From: the human T2T-CHM13v2.0 reference genome, Homo sapiens
DNA length: 64,000 nt
Reading direction: 5' to 3' (one strand)
Assembly (NCBI RefSeq): GCF_009914755.1
Contig: NC_060927.1
Shown in pieces: positions 28,152-43,084 of the stretch. How positions within the stretch are numbered: position 1 is the first letter of the stretch; every line of letters starts with the position of its first letter. The translations under genes and the position numbers were made by a program. The notes under the pieces were generated by a model, which was not told the origin of the DNA, made no database searches, and saw only the letters and a list, made by a program, of their open reading frames with translations.

Positions 28152-31100
28152 GCAAGTACTGCAGCCCCTTCCAACATCAGGGAATTTAATGGTGCCTTTG
28201 AGGCTATCTCCAGGCAGTGTCCCATCTCTCCCCCTCTCTGTCCTGGGTGGGGCAAGAGTAGGGGGAACAAAGGCAACAGAACACTTTCCCAGTACATGGA
28301 TCCAGGGTTGTCCTCTGCCTATGAACAGGCAGTATTCCCAAAGCTCATTTCTTGGGATGGTTTGTTTCTGTGGAAGAGTGCATTGCAGTGTTATACGTGG
28401 CAACTGACTTCCCAGGCCTCGCCATAAAAGCCGGCCTGATAACTTGCTTGGAAATTTAAGTCATAGGACAATATACATACATCATTTACTTGTTTGTTCT
28501 TTCCACAAATATTGCCCACCTGCTGTGTGCTGAGCCCCTTCTTGCTGTTCCCTGAACATCTTGTATTCCCCCTCCCATGATCTTTTATGATAATGTAGTA
28601 TAACTGCCTGTCTCTCCTGTTGGACTGCAAGCCCTCTGAGGTCAGACCTGTGTCTTTGCTTTTCCACGGTTTTCCAGTTCCTAGGGTACTTACTACATGT
28701 CCCTTAGTTAACACTCAAGATCTATTGAATAAATATTTGCCATGTTTTAAGAGAAATGGGCTCAAAATTCTATTTTGGACTTCCAGGATCACATCTCCCT
28801 AGAAGCAAATTTAGGAGGCCCATCCCCATTCCCTATCCCATGAGATGGCCACTGGTCCAGGGCACTAGATGGGGCCTGCAGCCATATTCTGGGGAGCCTG
28901 TAGTGGCAGTGGGTGGGTTGAAAGGATGTTCCTGGGAGCTCTAACTAGAGGGGTGGAGTTTAGTATCTATTGTGACCACCTCCTTTCCCCAAAGGCCACA
29001 ACTAGTCCTGAGCCTATCCTACTCTCAACCCTGCTAAAAGCCCTAGGAACGATCCTGCCCACAATTCCTGCCATAGCCACTACCTGGTAAGGTTATCTAT
29101 TTTTCTCTTGCTCATGGAGGAAAAGAACTGTCTCACAGCTTCTTCCCTATCTACCTGTCCCTGCAACAAGCACACAGCCCTGTTACCATTCCCAAAAGGA
29201 AACAGGTGGAGGTAGCAACAAACATGATTTAAAATCTTTTTTAAAAATAGCCCAGAATACACTGTGGAATAAATGGTATAGATCCCTGCCCATTCCCCCA
29301 ACCTTTCTTAGGACTGTGCAGCCGTGTAATCACCTCTGCCTCTCTGCTTCTAACAACTCCCATATCCAGCCCCATAACTCCTACTGGATTCTGTGAGGTT
29401 CCCTGTAGCTACGTGAGGAATTCTCCCTCTTATGTTCATTTATGCTCTGGGAAAAGATAAGGGTACACAGTGATGAGGGGACAGAACAGTTTGTACAAAA
29501 AAGAACTGAAATTCAATCCAATGATTTCAGTTTCACTAATATTTATGGAGCACTTATTCTATGCCTGGCATCGTGCTAGGCAGTGGGAGGACTGAGATGA
29601 GTAAGAACAGGACCTGGCCTTCAAAGAGCTCATGTGCTGGCTGAGAAACAGTGAATTAAAATATCTATCCCTTAATTCATTCAACAGATCTTTGAGAGCC
29701 TATTGTATACCAGGTACTGGAGATAACACAGGAAAGAAGAAAAACACTGTCTAACCTTCAAGGGATGTTTTACGTGCCAGTAGGAGAGACAGATAAATAG
29801 CAAAATGATTTCAGGTTATGAAAAGGGCTATTAAGTAAATAAATGTTTATTTTACTGAGACTGAGAAATGGGTGAGCCTACATTAAATGTTTTTGCAAAA
29901 AGCCCCTCTGGAATATGTTTATTCCGAGGGCTTCATGTGCCTTCATTTTTTACATTCTTTGACAACCATTCACAAGTCTTCACACAGCATGTGAAGAGTC
30001 CAGGAAAGTGCATTCCAGGGACAGGGAAGAGCAGTGGAAAGGCCCTGAGATGGGAAAGACCTTGACTTTTCCCAGGAACTGCCAGCTAAGGCCAATGTGG
30101 TCAACACGTAGTTGAGCACAGGGACAGCAGATGCACTGACGTGGAGAGACAGGCAGGGCCAGGTCTCGCAGGACACCATGGGGTTAGAGTTCATGCTACA
30201 TGTAACAAGTCCTTGTGGAGGGTTTTAAGAGGAGGGACATGCTCCTATTTGAATGTCTGAAGGTCACTCTGGCTGCCATGCATAAAGTAGAATGAAGGGC
30301 AAGGGCAGTCATCCAGGCAGGAGGCGATGGTGGCTTGAATGAGGGTAGTGGCCATGGAGGGGGAGAGAAATGGATGGATTCTGCAGGTTTGGGAAAGAGA
30401 GACACCATGGCTTGGCAGAAGAGGGAGGAATTGAGGATTTTTATCATGCTAATACAGGGAGATCACTGCCATTCCTGGGGGCAGTCATAGTGCCTAGGGA
30501 TGGCATATGAGGCAAGTCTAGGGCTGAGTTTTAAAAGCTGTGGAAATAGGCAAGGCAGCTGACAGGGAAGGGGACACATTTCAGAGGAAAACTCTTGAGT
30601 AATTTTTCTTCCCAAAACATTTCCTCCCTAGCAAGGCTTTGGCTGGCAGCAGGATGAGGCTTTGCCTATCCTAAAGGGGACATTATCCATGCAGCAAGAC
30701 TGCTACCATTGCGGGCTTACCAATCCTCCCCTGTTCTACTTCACCTCCCCCATACCCAGCACTAAAGTCCACCCAAGACGAGTTGTGATTGGGCCCCACA
30801 ACATGGTGAAAAGCAGACTGGGTGACTAGGGGTGCCCAGCAGTGGTGGCACTGGCTGCAAAAGGATGGAAAATACGGAGCACCAGCAGTTGTAAGAAAAT
30901 ATTTCTAGTAGGCTGGGAAGGCAGCTGCTTCAAGGGATGCCACGTGCCTAAGATGTGCAGGAACGAAGGGGCGTATATAAATCAGAGCCTGACAGATGGG
31001 AGAGACAGGAGGAGAAACCACAGCTGCAGGCAGCCCACCTTCACCTGCACAGGTTCCATCCTCCCCACTCCCACCTAAAAGGTGGGAGAACCGCCTCTCC

Positions 31101-33311
31101 CCCTCCTCCCCACATGCCTTAAAACCCTTCTGAGGCTTCCCATCACCCATCAGAGAAGGCCAGGCTCCACAGCAGTCGGGCCTCATCACTCCCCACCACA
31201 CCTTCCTGGAATCTGAATCTTGAGCCGCTCTCAACCACTCAGAGCTTCGGCGATAACAGTGGCCCTCTGCCTACAAACTGACCACTATCCCAGCCTAGCA
31301 AAATCCTACTCCATCCCCAAGTTCCAGATCAATAGGAACCCAATCCTGGGAGGACTTTACTAATGCCCAGCCAGCCCCAGCAACATTAGCCAGACCTCCC
31401 CCAACCCACCACCTATCCCAGGCAGTGTAACATCAAGTTTGCAAAACTAGTAGCCTGTGGGGTGTTTGTAAAATCTGTAGTAGTTTACAATGTTTCAAAG
31501 TGGGGCTTCTCTTGAAAATTCTGGTCTTGTGATACTATGTCTTGTTTTATTCGAGTACTTTTATGGTTTCATTTTTTTAATGTTTAAATCTCTTTCCTAT
31601 AGAGATTTGCTTTGGTGTAATGAATGAAGGATTCTTCTCCTCACGTGGCTAACCCGCTGTATTTTAGACAAAAAAAAAAATCCAACAAATCCAGTTTCTA
31701 GGTTTTTGGTCTCATTGTTACAATCTCATTTTAAATAACACATTAGCTGTTTGGACACTGAAATTCCAGAGCTAGTGGGAAACCAAATTCTTCCTTCAGC
31801 TTCAGACAGTAAAACATTAACCAGAATGAAGTTTCCCAGGCTGGCAGCTCTATTTTGCCAAACCCTAAGGCTTCTGAGGATAGCACTTGACTGGAGACAA
31901 GGTCACCTTGGCCAGCAGGATTGCAACAAAGGAAGAATGAGGTTGAAACCTCAGAATTGGTCGTCAGAATTGTATTTCACCACAGTCTCCACACAGGGTC
32001 AGACTTTTCCAGTGAGAAAGTCTGCCTTTGTCCCTTGTCTTATGGTGTAATGTGTACCCTTGGCCCACTTCTCACAGTAAATGCTAGCCTTGGATGAGCT
32101 CATCCTTTCCCGGGGCTTCAGTCAGCATGTCGGTGCAAATGACTCACAAACCCTCAACTCCAGTCCTCCGGCAGCTACTAAGCTCCACAGCTGCACTTGC
32201 AGCTGCTCAGTCACTCCTAGGTGGATATTCCACAGGCACTTTACACTCAACACATCCTATTCTCTCCCAACTTCTTATTCCCCAAACTACTTCTCCTTTG
32301 GTTTCTAATCTCAATAATCAATACCAATATACTTCTAGTTACTCAGTCTTGAAACCACCATCTTCCCCCAAAATGTCTCTCAGGTCCACTTTTCTGCTCC
32401 ACTGCCCTAGTTAAGGCCCTATTGCCCGGCTTGGATTGTAATACATATCTAATATCTGTGTCCCCTTTCCACCTCCTCCAGCTCATCCTTCAAACTACCT
32501 CCAGGTGTCTGATAGGGTTACTCCTAGATCAGAAGTCCTGACAGGTTCCCCACTGCCTAAAGTGGGGACTCCATAAAATGGCATTCAAGGCTTTCCACAC
32601 TCTTATCCCATTCTTACCATCCGTATCCTGTTCTTAGCATCCCCACACCTACACCAATCACTGTATACTATCACTCCAGTTCACTTTTCCATGCTATTCC
32701 ATCTACCTGGGATGCCTGTTAAACCCCAGCCATCCTTCACCAGGGATAAGACCACCAGTCAGAATAAATCTCTCCTTAGTCTCTAGACCTGTGCTGTGTA
32801 CTACTATGGTTCTAGCCACATGTGGCTATTGTATGCGGGAAAGATGGTGAGTCCAAACAGAGATGTGCTTTAAGTGTAACATGTTCACAAGATGTGACTT
32901 AGTACCAAAAACAACTGTCAAGTATCTTTTCTATATTGATTACATGTTGAAATAATGTTTTGGATATAATGAAGTAAAAACATGTATTAATTTCACTGTT
33001 CTTTTTAAGGTATCTAATAGAAAATTTTAAATTACAAATGTGGCTTGCATTATATTTCTGTTGGATAGAGCTGCTCTGTATTTCTATGAGCCTTCACTTA
33101 TGCCTTTATGCCTTCATTTATGCAGTCAATCAACAAGGCCCCTGACCTCAAGGAGCTTACAATGTGATGGTGTTGGGGGCGGGGGGCTTAGATTTCAGCT
33201 GTGGTTTATGAAGATATATGATTCTAGATTACTTTGCTAAATATAGAGCACAAAAAACCGAATGATCAACACTGCTAACAATATCCTTTGTACTTCTCCT
33301 CCTGCTCTCAG
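28152..33311 (+). other. KCNAB1: GC-AG last intron of KCNAB1 (5160 nt)
   Basis: CAG|GCAAGT donor; ctctcag acceptor; the join gives AIQ|VLPK. Confidence 0.9.
32787..33075. mobile_element. MER33-like fragment, opposite orientation to the copy at about 23 kb
   Basis: ctagccacatgtggctattg...tattgattacatgttgaaataat...gtggcttgcattatatttctgttgga. Confidence 0.6.
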
Positions 33312-33401
33312 GTTCTCCCAAAGATGACATCACATGTGGTAAATGAGATTGATAACATACTGCGCAACAAGCCCTACAGCAAGAAGGACTATAGATCATA
33401 A
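33312..33401 (+). CDS. KCNAB1: KCNAB1 terminal coding exon: [29 protein letters not shown]
   Basis: ctctcag|GTTCTC...AGA TCA TAA; characteristic Kv-beta C-terminus [11 protein letters not shown]. Confidence 0.97.
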   Translation, partial: VLPKMTSHVVNEIDNILRNKPYSKKDYRS

Positions 33402-35400
33402 GGCAATGCATGAACCACAGAAGCTGCATGGTTAAAATAGCGGCCTGTGCCCAGTACAGAAAGGTGTTACTAACCAGTCTTTTGAATCACTTAGCAGCTT
33501 GCTGCTCAACCTCTAGTGTCCCTCCCTGGATTCTTTGAGGTGTCTGCTGTCACTACCACTGTGCACATCTGAAAACTCACAACCAAGAAAATCCATTCTA
33601 TTTTCTTATCTTGGACTGGAGTCACCTATTCTTGCATTGCTGTATACACCTCATGCTTATGCAATGGGAAGAATATGGGGGCCAGGGGGTGTGGTACTAC
33701 CTTCAGGCATTTGGTAACTCAAAGAAGGCTGTACAGATATATTTTTTCAAAAGAACAAAATCCACAGATGCAATGTGAGTTGCGTAAGAAACAGAGTAGA
33801 TAGACTAAATTCAGTGAAGGAAAGGAATTGAGAGATTTTTCTTAGTAAATAGATTATTGTTAAGTAAATAGTTATTAAAAATATATCTCACTGCAAAAAA
33901 AAAAAAGCAGTATCTTCACTCAAAAGTCTTGCTTGGAAGAATAAGCAGAAATAATTTTATATATTTTTTTTCTATTTTCACATTCATACTAACAAGTTTT
34001 GTTCCATTTGTTATTCAATAAAACAAAAATTTCTAGGTATTTGCTTTATTACCTTTCAAATATTTACTGTTGCTTGGCCCCAAGAATGGCCTTGTACAAC
34101 TTATCCAGAATGTCTATTAGGATTCTAATGTTATGTCCACTTACAAGTAGAGACAGTAAAAGGATGAATACCCAATCTTTAGTGACAATGCAGCTGATTT
34201 ATGAAAGAGAGGGCTACACTGCTATGGAAACTTAGCTTCAAAGAAAATGCAATGTATCTGCAATTAGGTGTTCATTTTTTACTACATTTTATTAAAACCT
34301 GCTTTATACTTTCAACTGCTTGTAGGCACAACTTCTGCAAGTTTAAATATTTGAGCTTTACAAATAAACATACACATGCTCAGTTTTTTAAGTAAACCTG
34401 TAAAATACCCAGGAAGGCAAATGTTCATTGTTTAATTAGCACTGGGATTTTATAATATAATGTTTGGTATTTTTGAGGCATTGTTAACATGAAAGTCAAC
34501 CACTGGCTTTGTGAAAAATGCTATGTCACTATTCAGAATATGCTGGGTAAATTGACTTGCCTAGTGAAAAGCAAAATGTTAAAGAAAGAACTTCTGGTTC
34601 TATAATCATATTATATGCACTAAACTATATGCATGAAAGTTCTTTGCATGGATTAATGGGGCTTACCCTTGTTGCACTCGAAATCTGAGGTGTATCTAGC
34701 CCTGCCACTATTGGCTACTTACCCTCATTAATATCCCACTTGAGAAAAATTGTGAGACTATACTGTGTCAATATCTGTAAAAAGAGAGAAAACATGTTTT
34801 GTTTTTTTTTGAAGGGGGTGGTGTGGGAGTGGCCCTTTAACTCTATTTGGCTATCTGAGGATGTACAAAATTCTCATTTAATTTTCTGGTCAGCAAGTTC
34901 CCCACACAGAAATCACTCTGAGGTTTACAGAAGAACTGTAATATTATTTTAAAATGCGATTTTTCTGTCATTAGTTCTAGATATGTACTTCATGGTTAAA
35001 TTCTAAATCTGAAAATGCTAGTGGGAGATATCAAGAAATTTTCTTTTTGATTACTAGTACCTGTATTCTAACAGAGAGTTTGAATTTTTTGCCCGTGTTA
35101 TCAGAATGATGGAAATTGATCATTTTCAGTTGTTCATTGTGTATTCAATCCAGCGAACTGCTGTATGTATAGAGGAGCTGAGGTGCTGTCTAATGGGAAA
35201 TGTGATTTGATTGATTTATTTGCTTAGAGTAATAAAAGCATTTTGTGCATTCAATCTTACAATAGATTTTATCTGATCTTTCACTGTAAGGCTTATGTGT
35301 ATTTTCCATATATGTAAAACATACACATGTAAAATATATGTGGCCATAAATTAGGCAATAATCATCTAAATAAAAATTATATTGGCAGCTAAGCTGCACT
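33402..35400 (+). other. KCNAB1: KCNAB1 3' UTR (end approximate)
   Basis: Repeat-poor AT-rich sequence after the stop codon, with AATAAA at 34017, 34363, 35231 and 35369. Confidence 0.7.
35231..35236 (+). terminator. Candidate KCNAB1 poly(A) signal
   Basis: AATAAA with downstream U/GU-rich sequence; one of four candidates. Confidence 0.5.
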
Positions 35401-36627
35401 GAATACTCAACAGAAATAGTAGTGATCAAAAGTCTGAGATTTAAATTGCAATCCAAACATATTCTATCATCAATCAATCAATGGAGATTAACTACTGAAG
35501 ATACCATTTCTCACTGGGTTTTAGAACACTCCGCACTAAGGTTAAGGCTTCACAAATTCACTTTTAAAAACTTACTTGCAAATCAAAACCAAATATAAAT
35601 ATTATGGCTTAGCTGTGGGAACAGCCAGTTTTTTATATGCGAATCTGTCATGGTAAATATACTAATGTATTTCACAGTTAGTTAGTTAGTTAGTTATGTC
35701 CTTAAGAAAAAATTCCACGCACTCTTATTATTTTCTTTTCTCTTCCAAAAAGAATTCCCTGGCAGAGAATCTATCATTCCAAAAGGTAACCTGGGTACCA
35801 GCCATCCCTATATGGAAATCTCAGGCAAACTAGAAACCCTGTGTCTGGCTTCCCACTTTAAAAGAACTGTCACTTCATCTTCATGACAAGAGTGCCAAAG
35901 TCATGAGGCAGATGTCAGAGCCTGAAGGAAACTTAGCCATCTGCAAAGCCATCCCTCTTTGACAAACGAGCAAAGCAGGCCTGGACAGATGATGAAAAAA
36001 CTTGCCCAAACTCACACACTGCTAGTTGATGGCAGAACCAGGCCTAGAACCCAAGTATTTTGTGTTCTAGTTCAGTGCTCCATTAGGTAGATTTTTTTTT
36101 CTTTTTAAGCTTTAAAGAAGAAGTTTTATGCAGAAATTGTTTGTGAGAATGTTGAAGTTAAAAAACATAGTTATTAATCCAAACTCAGAAATCAAACAGG
36201 GATAAGTCAGCGAAAAGATGATATATTGAAAATTCATGAAGGCCAACGAGAAGTTAGCCTCTATCGCCCTGAAAATTTAAACCAACCCCCCAAAAGACCC
36301 TCCTAATCTATTAATTCCTCTGCTTGGGAGTCCCAAGGAAGTGAAAGAGAATCCCTTAGAGCTCTGATACATCTATAAATTGGTTTTCTCCATAAATGTA
36401 CACATACATGTATCCTTCCATCCTGTCTCCAGAAGCAGCAGTGACTGGCATGCACACTGAAAACAAAGAAATAGGGCAGGCAGGAAGGCACAGCAGGTAC
36501 ATACTGGCAGAGGCCTGATGTCTGCCCTTTACTGTAACTGCTCAATGCCTTTCATTGCCTCACATACATTTGATTGGTAACTACAAAGATGTGCATTTAC
36601 ATGTGTGAGATATTAAAATGATGGTTA

Positions 36628-36716
36628 CATGTATACATATGTACCAAACCTGCATGGTCAGCACATGTATCCCAGAACTTAAAGTAAAATAAAAAATAAA
36701 ACAATTTGAAAAAAAA
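36628..36716 (+). mobile_element. Very short 5'-truncated L1PA 3' end with TSD
   Basis: catgtatacatatgtaccaaacctgca...gcacatgtatcccagaacttaaagta plus A-rich tail; flanks aaaa(t/a)gatggtta at 36615 and 36712. Confidence 0.85.
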
Positions 36717-36977
36717 GATGGTTAATGTAAAATAATATAATAAAGATTACGTACTTCATCATAGGATTCTTATAAAGAAGTGTAGGGAAAATACAAATTT
36801 TAAGAAGCAAAGTTTAATCATACTTATTAAGCAAGACTTTTCACAAGAATTGAGTATAAATTCAATCTCCATATTTCAGTTAACTTCAAACCTTGTTTCA
36901 AATTATCCTTTCCAAGTTTCAATAATATGGCAAATAGGACAACCAGTAAACTTTTATTGCTTAAGAATATCAATCTA

Positions 36978-37300
<323 letters not shown>

Positions 37301-38068
37301 TTATTAAGTTAAAATGAAGGAACTAAAAATAGGTAAATGAAAATGTTATAACACTTTAGTGCTATTTATGAGTATGAACAAAGGAATTTAATCACTTTGA
37401 ATCCCAATTACAGATGAATCTTTTATTTCATGGGTGCTGGGTATGTGGTCTTTTTAAGACAAAAATTCTACAGCATGGTTTTACTAAGTCAGATTGAGTA
37501 GGTCGCATCTCTGTGTGCCACACAGAACTTTTAGACAAGAGTAGAGGGGAAAAGGTTCTGCAATTCCTCACAGTAAAGTACTCACACAGTAAATCCTTAA
37601 CGAAAACTACTGAACTGTGAGTATATGCTTTATAATCTTATGCACAGAAATGTATCTATTAGTACAGAAAGTTGGAAAACATCAAGATTAAAAACAGTGC
37701 TGTAGGAAAAATTCACAACAGTAAACAAATTTTGCTCACTCATTTTCCTACAAATCTTCAGTTTATTAATTCAAGAGAAACTATATTAGGAATATTCGGC
37801 TGATACCCCTATTTCACCACCTCATCTAAGCTACACTGTATTATACCAAGAATGGTGGCAATTTTTTCCCCATCTATACAGGCACTGCCATCTAGTGGCA
37901 AGTTTTCACCAGCAATTTTAAAAGATAGTGGCCCAACTCTGGTAACAAATAGTGGACACTGATGGTTTGTCAAATAAGCAAATGCATTTATTTGATACAC
38001 AAATTCCATGCCACCAGTCAAACTATGGTCTGGCTTTTTTTTTTAACCAACAGTAAAGAAAACTTTTT

Positions 38069-38284
38069 GGGTTTTTTTGTTTCTTTTTTGAGATGGAGTC
38101 TCACCCTTGCCACCCAGGCAGTAGTAGCACGATCTCGACTCACCGCAACCTCTGCCTCCTGGGTTCAGGCAGTTCTCCTGCTTCAGCCTCCCAAGTAGCT
38201 GAGATTACAGGCGCCCACCATCACGCCTGGCTAATTTTGGTATTTTTAGTAGAGACGGGGTTTCACCATGTTGGCCAGGAGTTC
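38069..38284 (-). mobile_element. 5'-truncated AluS-like element
   Basis: Poly-T, right arm and part of the left arm, to tttcaccatgttggccagg; flanks aagaaaa(c/g)ttttt at 38056 and 38285. Confidence 0.88.
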
Positions 38285-39856
38285 AAGAAAAGTTTTTTAA
38301 AAATAATAAACCTCTAAAGTGTTACCCTAACTGTACCTTACAGTGATATGTGACTTCTCTAGTCACTCCACATTATCCAGTGATGGCACCTAGATAATAA
38401 TGCACCAAAGAAAAGTAAAGAATTGCAGACTTCTAGAAGCAATGATGAAATATAATTCTCAGTTGCAGAAAATGATGATCTGGGTCATTATGCAAATGCA
38501 TTCCTGCCTGTTTTTCTTCCAAGTTCTTGCATGGAGCCCAACACATCCGATAGCATGGAAGTGGAAGTTAAACTCCCGATGAATAATTTTTATAAAATTA
38601 TAAAGAAAACAACTAATAACATGTATGAAATTCACATTAAATTTAGAAGTGGATAGTAAAGATTAGGACTATATTTCCTTTGGGGTGCTGCTTGTAGGAA
38701 ATTACTGAATGACAACTGCTATCACCTGTGATTTCATATCCTTTTAGCTGATATTGCTAAAGAGCTTCCCAAACTTTTTCAAGTCATGGCATACACAAGA
38801 AATGATATCTGTACATACACGGGTAAAAAAATGCAAGAGATTGCTCTCAGCTGGATCCCCAAGGGCTAAAGAGATAAATATCTTGCTCACAATCAATGGG
38901 AACCTGTGAACTAAAGAGTCAAATGTATGAAAGTCCTCATGGAAAAATGCTGACAAGCACTAAAATCACTGTAAATTCCTTGGAGAGTTCTCAGAATTGC
39001 AGAAGTTCAGAAAAATTACTTTGGTCTTTTACATGTCAATATTCAGGAAAGAGGTTCTTTCTCTTACTTAACATTCCTCCAGGGTGTGAGACCCTGGTCA
39101 AGGAAAACAGTGATTCCTGTGTCTTAGTAAGTCAAACCAACATGGCAGGGTCAAGTTGACCTCCCTGGCCACTCAGGGCCAAAGCCATACAGTGGAACAG
39201 TGTGTTCTTTAACCTCGTAGGACAACTCTCATATGCCTGGGCACTATTTTTAGGTTACTACCTTGGCTGCCCTTCTTTAAGAAAAAAAAAAGAAAAAAAA
39301 AGAACTTTTCCACAAGTTTCTCTTCCTCTAGTTGGAAAATTAGAGAAATCATGTTTTTAATTTTGTGTTATTTCAGATCACAAATTCAAACACTTGTAAA
39401 CATTAAGCTTCTGTTCAATCCCCTGGGAAGAGGATTCATTCTGATATTTACGGTTCAAAAGAAGTTGTAATATTGTGCTTGGAACACAGAGAACCAGTTA
39501 TTAACTTCCTACTACTATTATATAATAAATAATAACAGCTCGGCCCAGGTTACTGTGACCTCTGACAGATCAAGGAAACAAGTTATTTTCTCCTCTTGTG
39601 ATTACAGCACATTGCAAGACATTTTTTTCCTTTTAATAAACGTCCTAGTACTCTGAGTTTCCCTTTCAATTCATTTAATTTCAACAATCTGTCAAAAAAC
39701 AGCCAATAAACAAATACTGAATTACATTCTGCTGGGTTTTTTAAAGGCTCTAGACTATAAAAACATCTTGTGTCTCCCACCCTGACCACCCTGCTACTTT
39801 TCCATATACCACAGGCCACCCATAGACACAAAGCCAGGGGGTGAAGCTGACATGGT

Positions 39857-39923
39857 CTATTTGGAGCCAGTAGACAGGAGGGCGATGAGTCCTGATGAAG
39901 CACTTATGGACAATATGTAGTTC
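39857..39923 (-). CDS. SSR3: SSR3 exon 5 coding part: (V)NYILSISASSGLIALLSTGSK*
   Basis: cttacag|GAACTAC...AAA TAG. The five exons sum to 558 nt = 185 aa + stop. Confidence 0.96.
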
Positions 39924-41122
<1,199 letters not shown>

Positions 41123-42724
41123 TTATAAATATGATTTAAAAAAACTTTTAAGTACCATATGGCTCTAGTTCATCATAAAACAAGTTTTTCCTTGAGTGTT
41201 CTAGGGTAAGAATGTGTTTGTAATATTAGATTTAGTCAGAATTGTCCCCTTTCTTCCACTGAAAAAAAATATGTCACTCTATGATAGTGAAGAAAACATC
41301 ATGCTGGTTATGTTACCATTTTTCCCAGGCAACCAGGGTTATGGAAGAAAGGACTCATTAATGGCAACCCGCACGGTTTCATCAGCAGCTAAGTCAAATA
41401 TCTTTCTCTTGGCCCTTACCTAAAACTCAAACTCCATGATTAGCAGCCTGTGGAGTTTCCTTGGCTATACCTTGGGCTTGAGGCTTTCTACAGCCTACGG
41501 ATTTCAGACTTCAATATCACACCTTCAGAAGACAATCCCAATGACAAAAATTACCTGTGGTCTCACAGAAGTAGGCTATTGTTAGCCATCTTTATTAATT
41601 CAAACAAAAAAAGAGCGCTTAATCATTAGGAGGACTTTTTAATGCCTGTAAAATCCTTCTACTTTTTATTCTATTTTACTTGTTCTGATAGTTTATCTTA
41701 TTAATTTACTGGTATTTCATCCATCTTTTCTTTTACCCCTTCACACATGCAAAAGGAAGTTATAGGATGCCTGTGAATAAGGGAGCCTTCATTCTTGTTG
41801 GTTAATTAACTTTGTAAAGCAGTTTTTAAAAGGGTAGGTTGTGACCCATTAGTGGGATGTGAACTCAATCAAGTGGATCGAATGCCCATAGAAATTAATT
41901 GAGTTGAGACCAGCATTTTAAAAAAATGAAATAGGAAAGAATAGAAAAACATCAGCAGCACATCGCACAGAGTAGGATAATTATCGTTTTATGAAACATG
42001 TGCATGTGTCCACGTGTGAGTTTATCTGGTCAAAAGGTAAAATACATATTTTTTACTGTAGGTCATTATCAAAAAGGTTGAAGGCCACTTTGTAGACACT
42101 TTGTCTCCCAAAAAGATAAACCTACTCTGGAGTCAGATGACACATCCCCTCAACCCTAAGGACAGCACTTTAAGTAAGTCATTGGTAACTGACACATTAT
42201 ATTCATTAAGTATACTAATCCAAAGAAAACAAGTTTTGCCGGAAAGGAGCTAAATGAAGGCTAATTAACATCTTATGCTCATCTTAAGAAATCTGTAGTC
42301 TCTAACAGATGCCATATTTCCTCAATTCTACAGACACCATCGACTTAATAACTCTTCCATTTACTGTAAGTTTGGAGGAAGGGAAGGACATTAAGTGCAG
42401 CCATCAACTATAAAACACCTTCTAATTTCATAGAAGTTTAAATGTAAATTTTTAAAACACAAGAGTTGGAGTTCCAGGAAACATGTCATTCTAACACTGA
42501 TCAATGATACCAGCCTAGTAAGATGCATAGTCTCAACATGGTTTAACACTAGAATGAACACTCAGGACAACTGCCTCCATTTTTAAGACTCCGGCATGAG
42601 ACCCAGTGAAGTCAGGTTGCTTACGTAGGTTATTAGGCTGACTTTACTCTAGATGATAAAATTATCTCACTTGCATCACAGTGCTTCTCCTTAACTTCTT
42701 TTCTGTCAAGCCCTAAATAAGAAG

Positions 42725-43084
42725 TGATATGGTTTGGCTCTGTGTCCCCACCCAAATCTCATCTTGAATTGTAATCCCCACATGTTGAGGGAGGGACCCG
42801 GTGGGAGGTGACTGGATCATGGGTGTGGTTTCCCCCATGCCACTCTCGTGACAGTGAGGGAGTTGTCACAAAATCTGATGGTTTAAAAATGGCACTTTCC
42901 CCTGTGCTCACTCACTCTCCTGCCACCTTGTGTAGAAGGCACTTGCTTCTTTACCTTCCACCATGATTGTAAGTTTTTTGAGGCATCCCCAGTCATGCAG
43001 AACTGTGAGTCAATTAAACTTTTCTTTATAAATTACCCAGTCTCTGGTAGTATCTTTATAGCACTGTGAAAATCGACTAATACA
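42725..43084 (+). mobile_element. MSTA/THE1D-like MaLR solo LTR in SSR3 intron 3
   Basis: tgatatggtttggctctgtgtcccc...gactaataca; flanks agaag/agaac. Confidence 0.88.
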
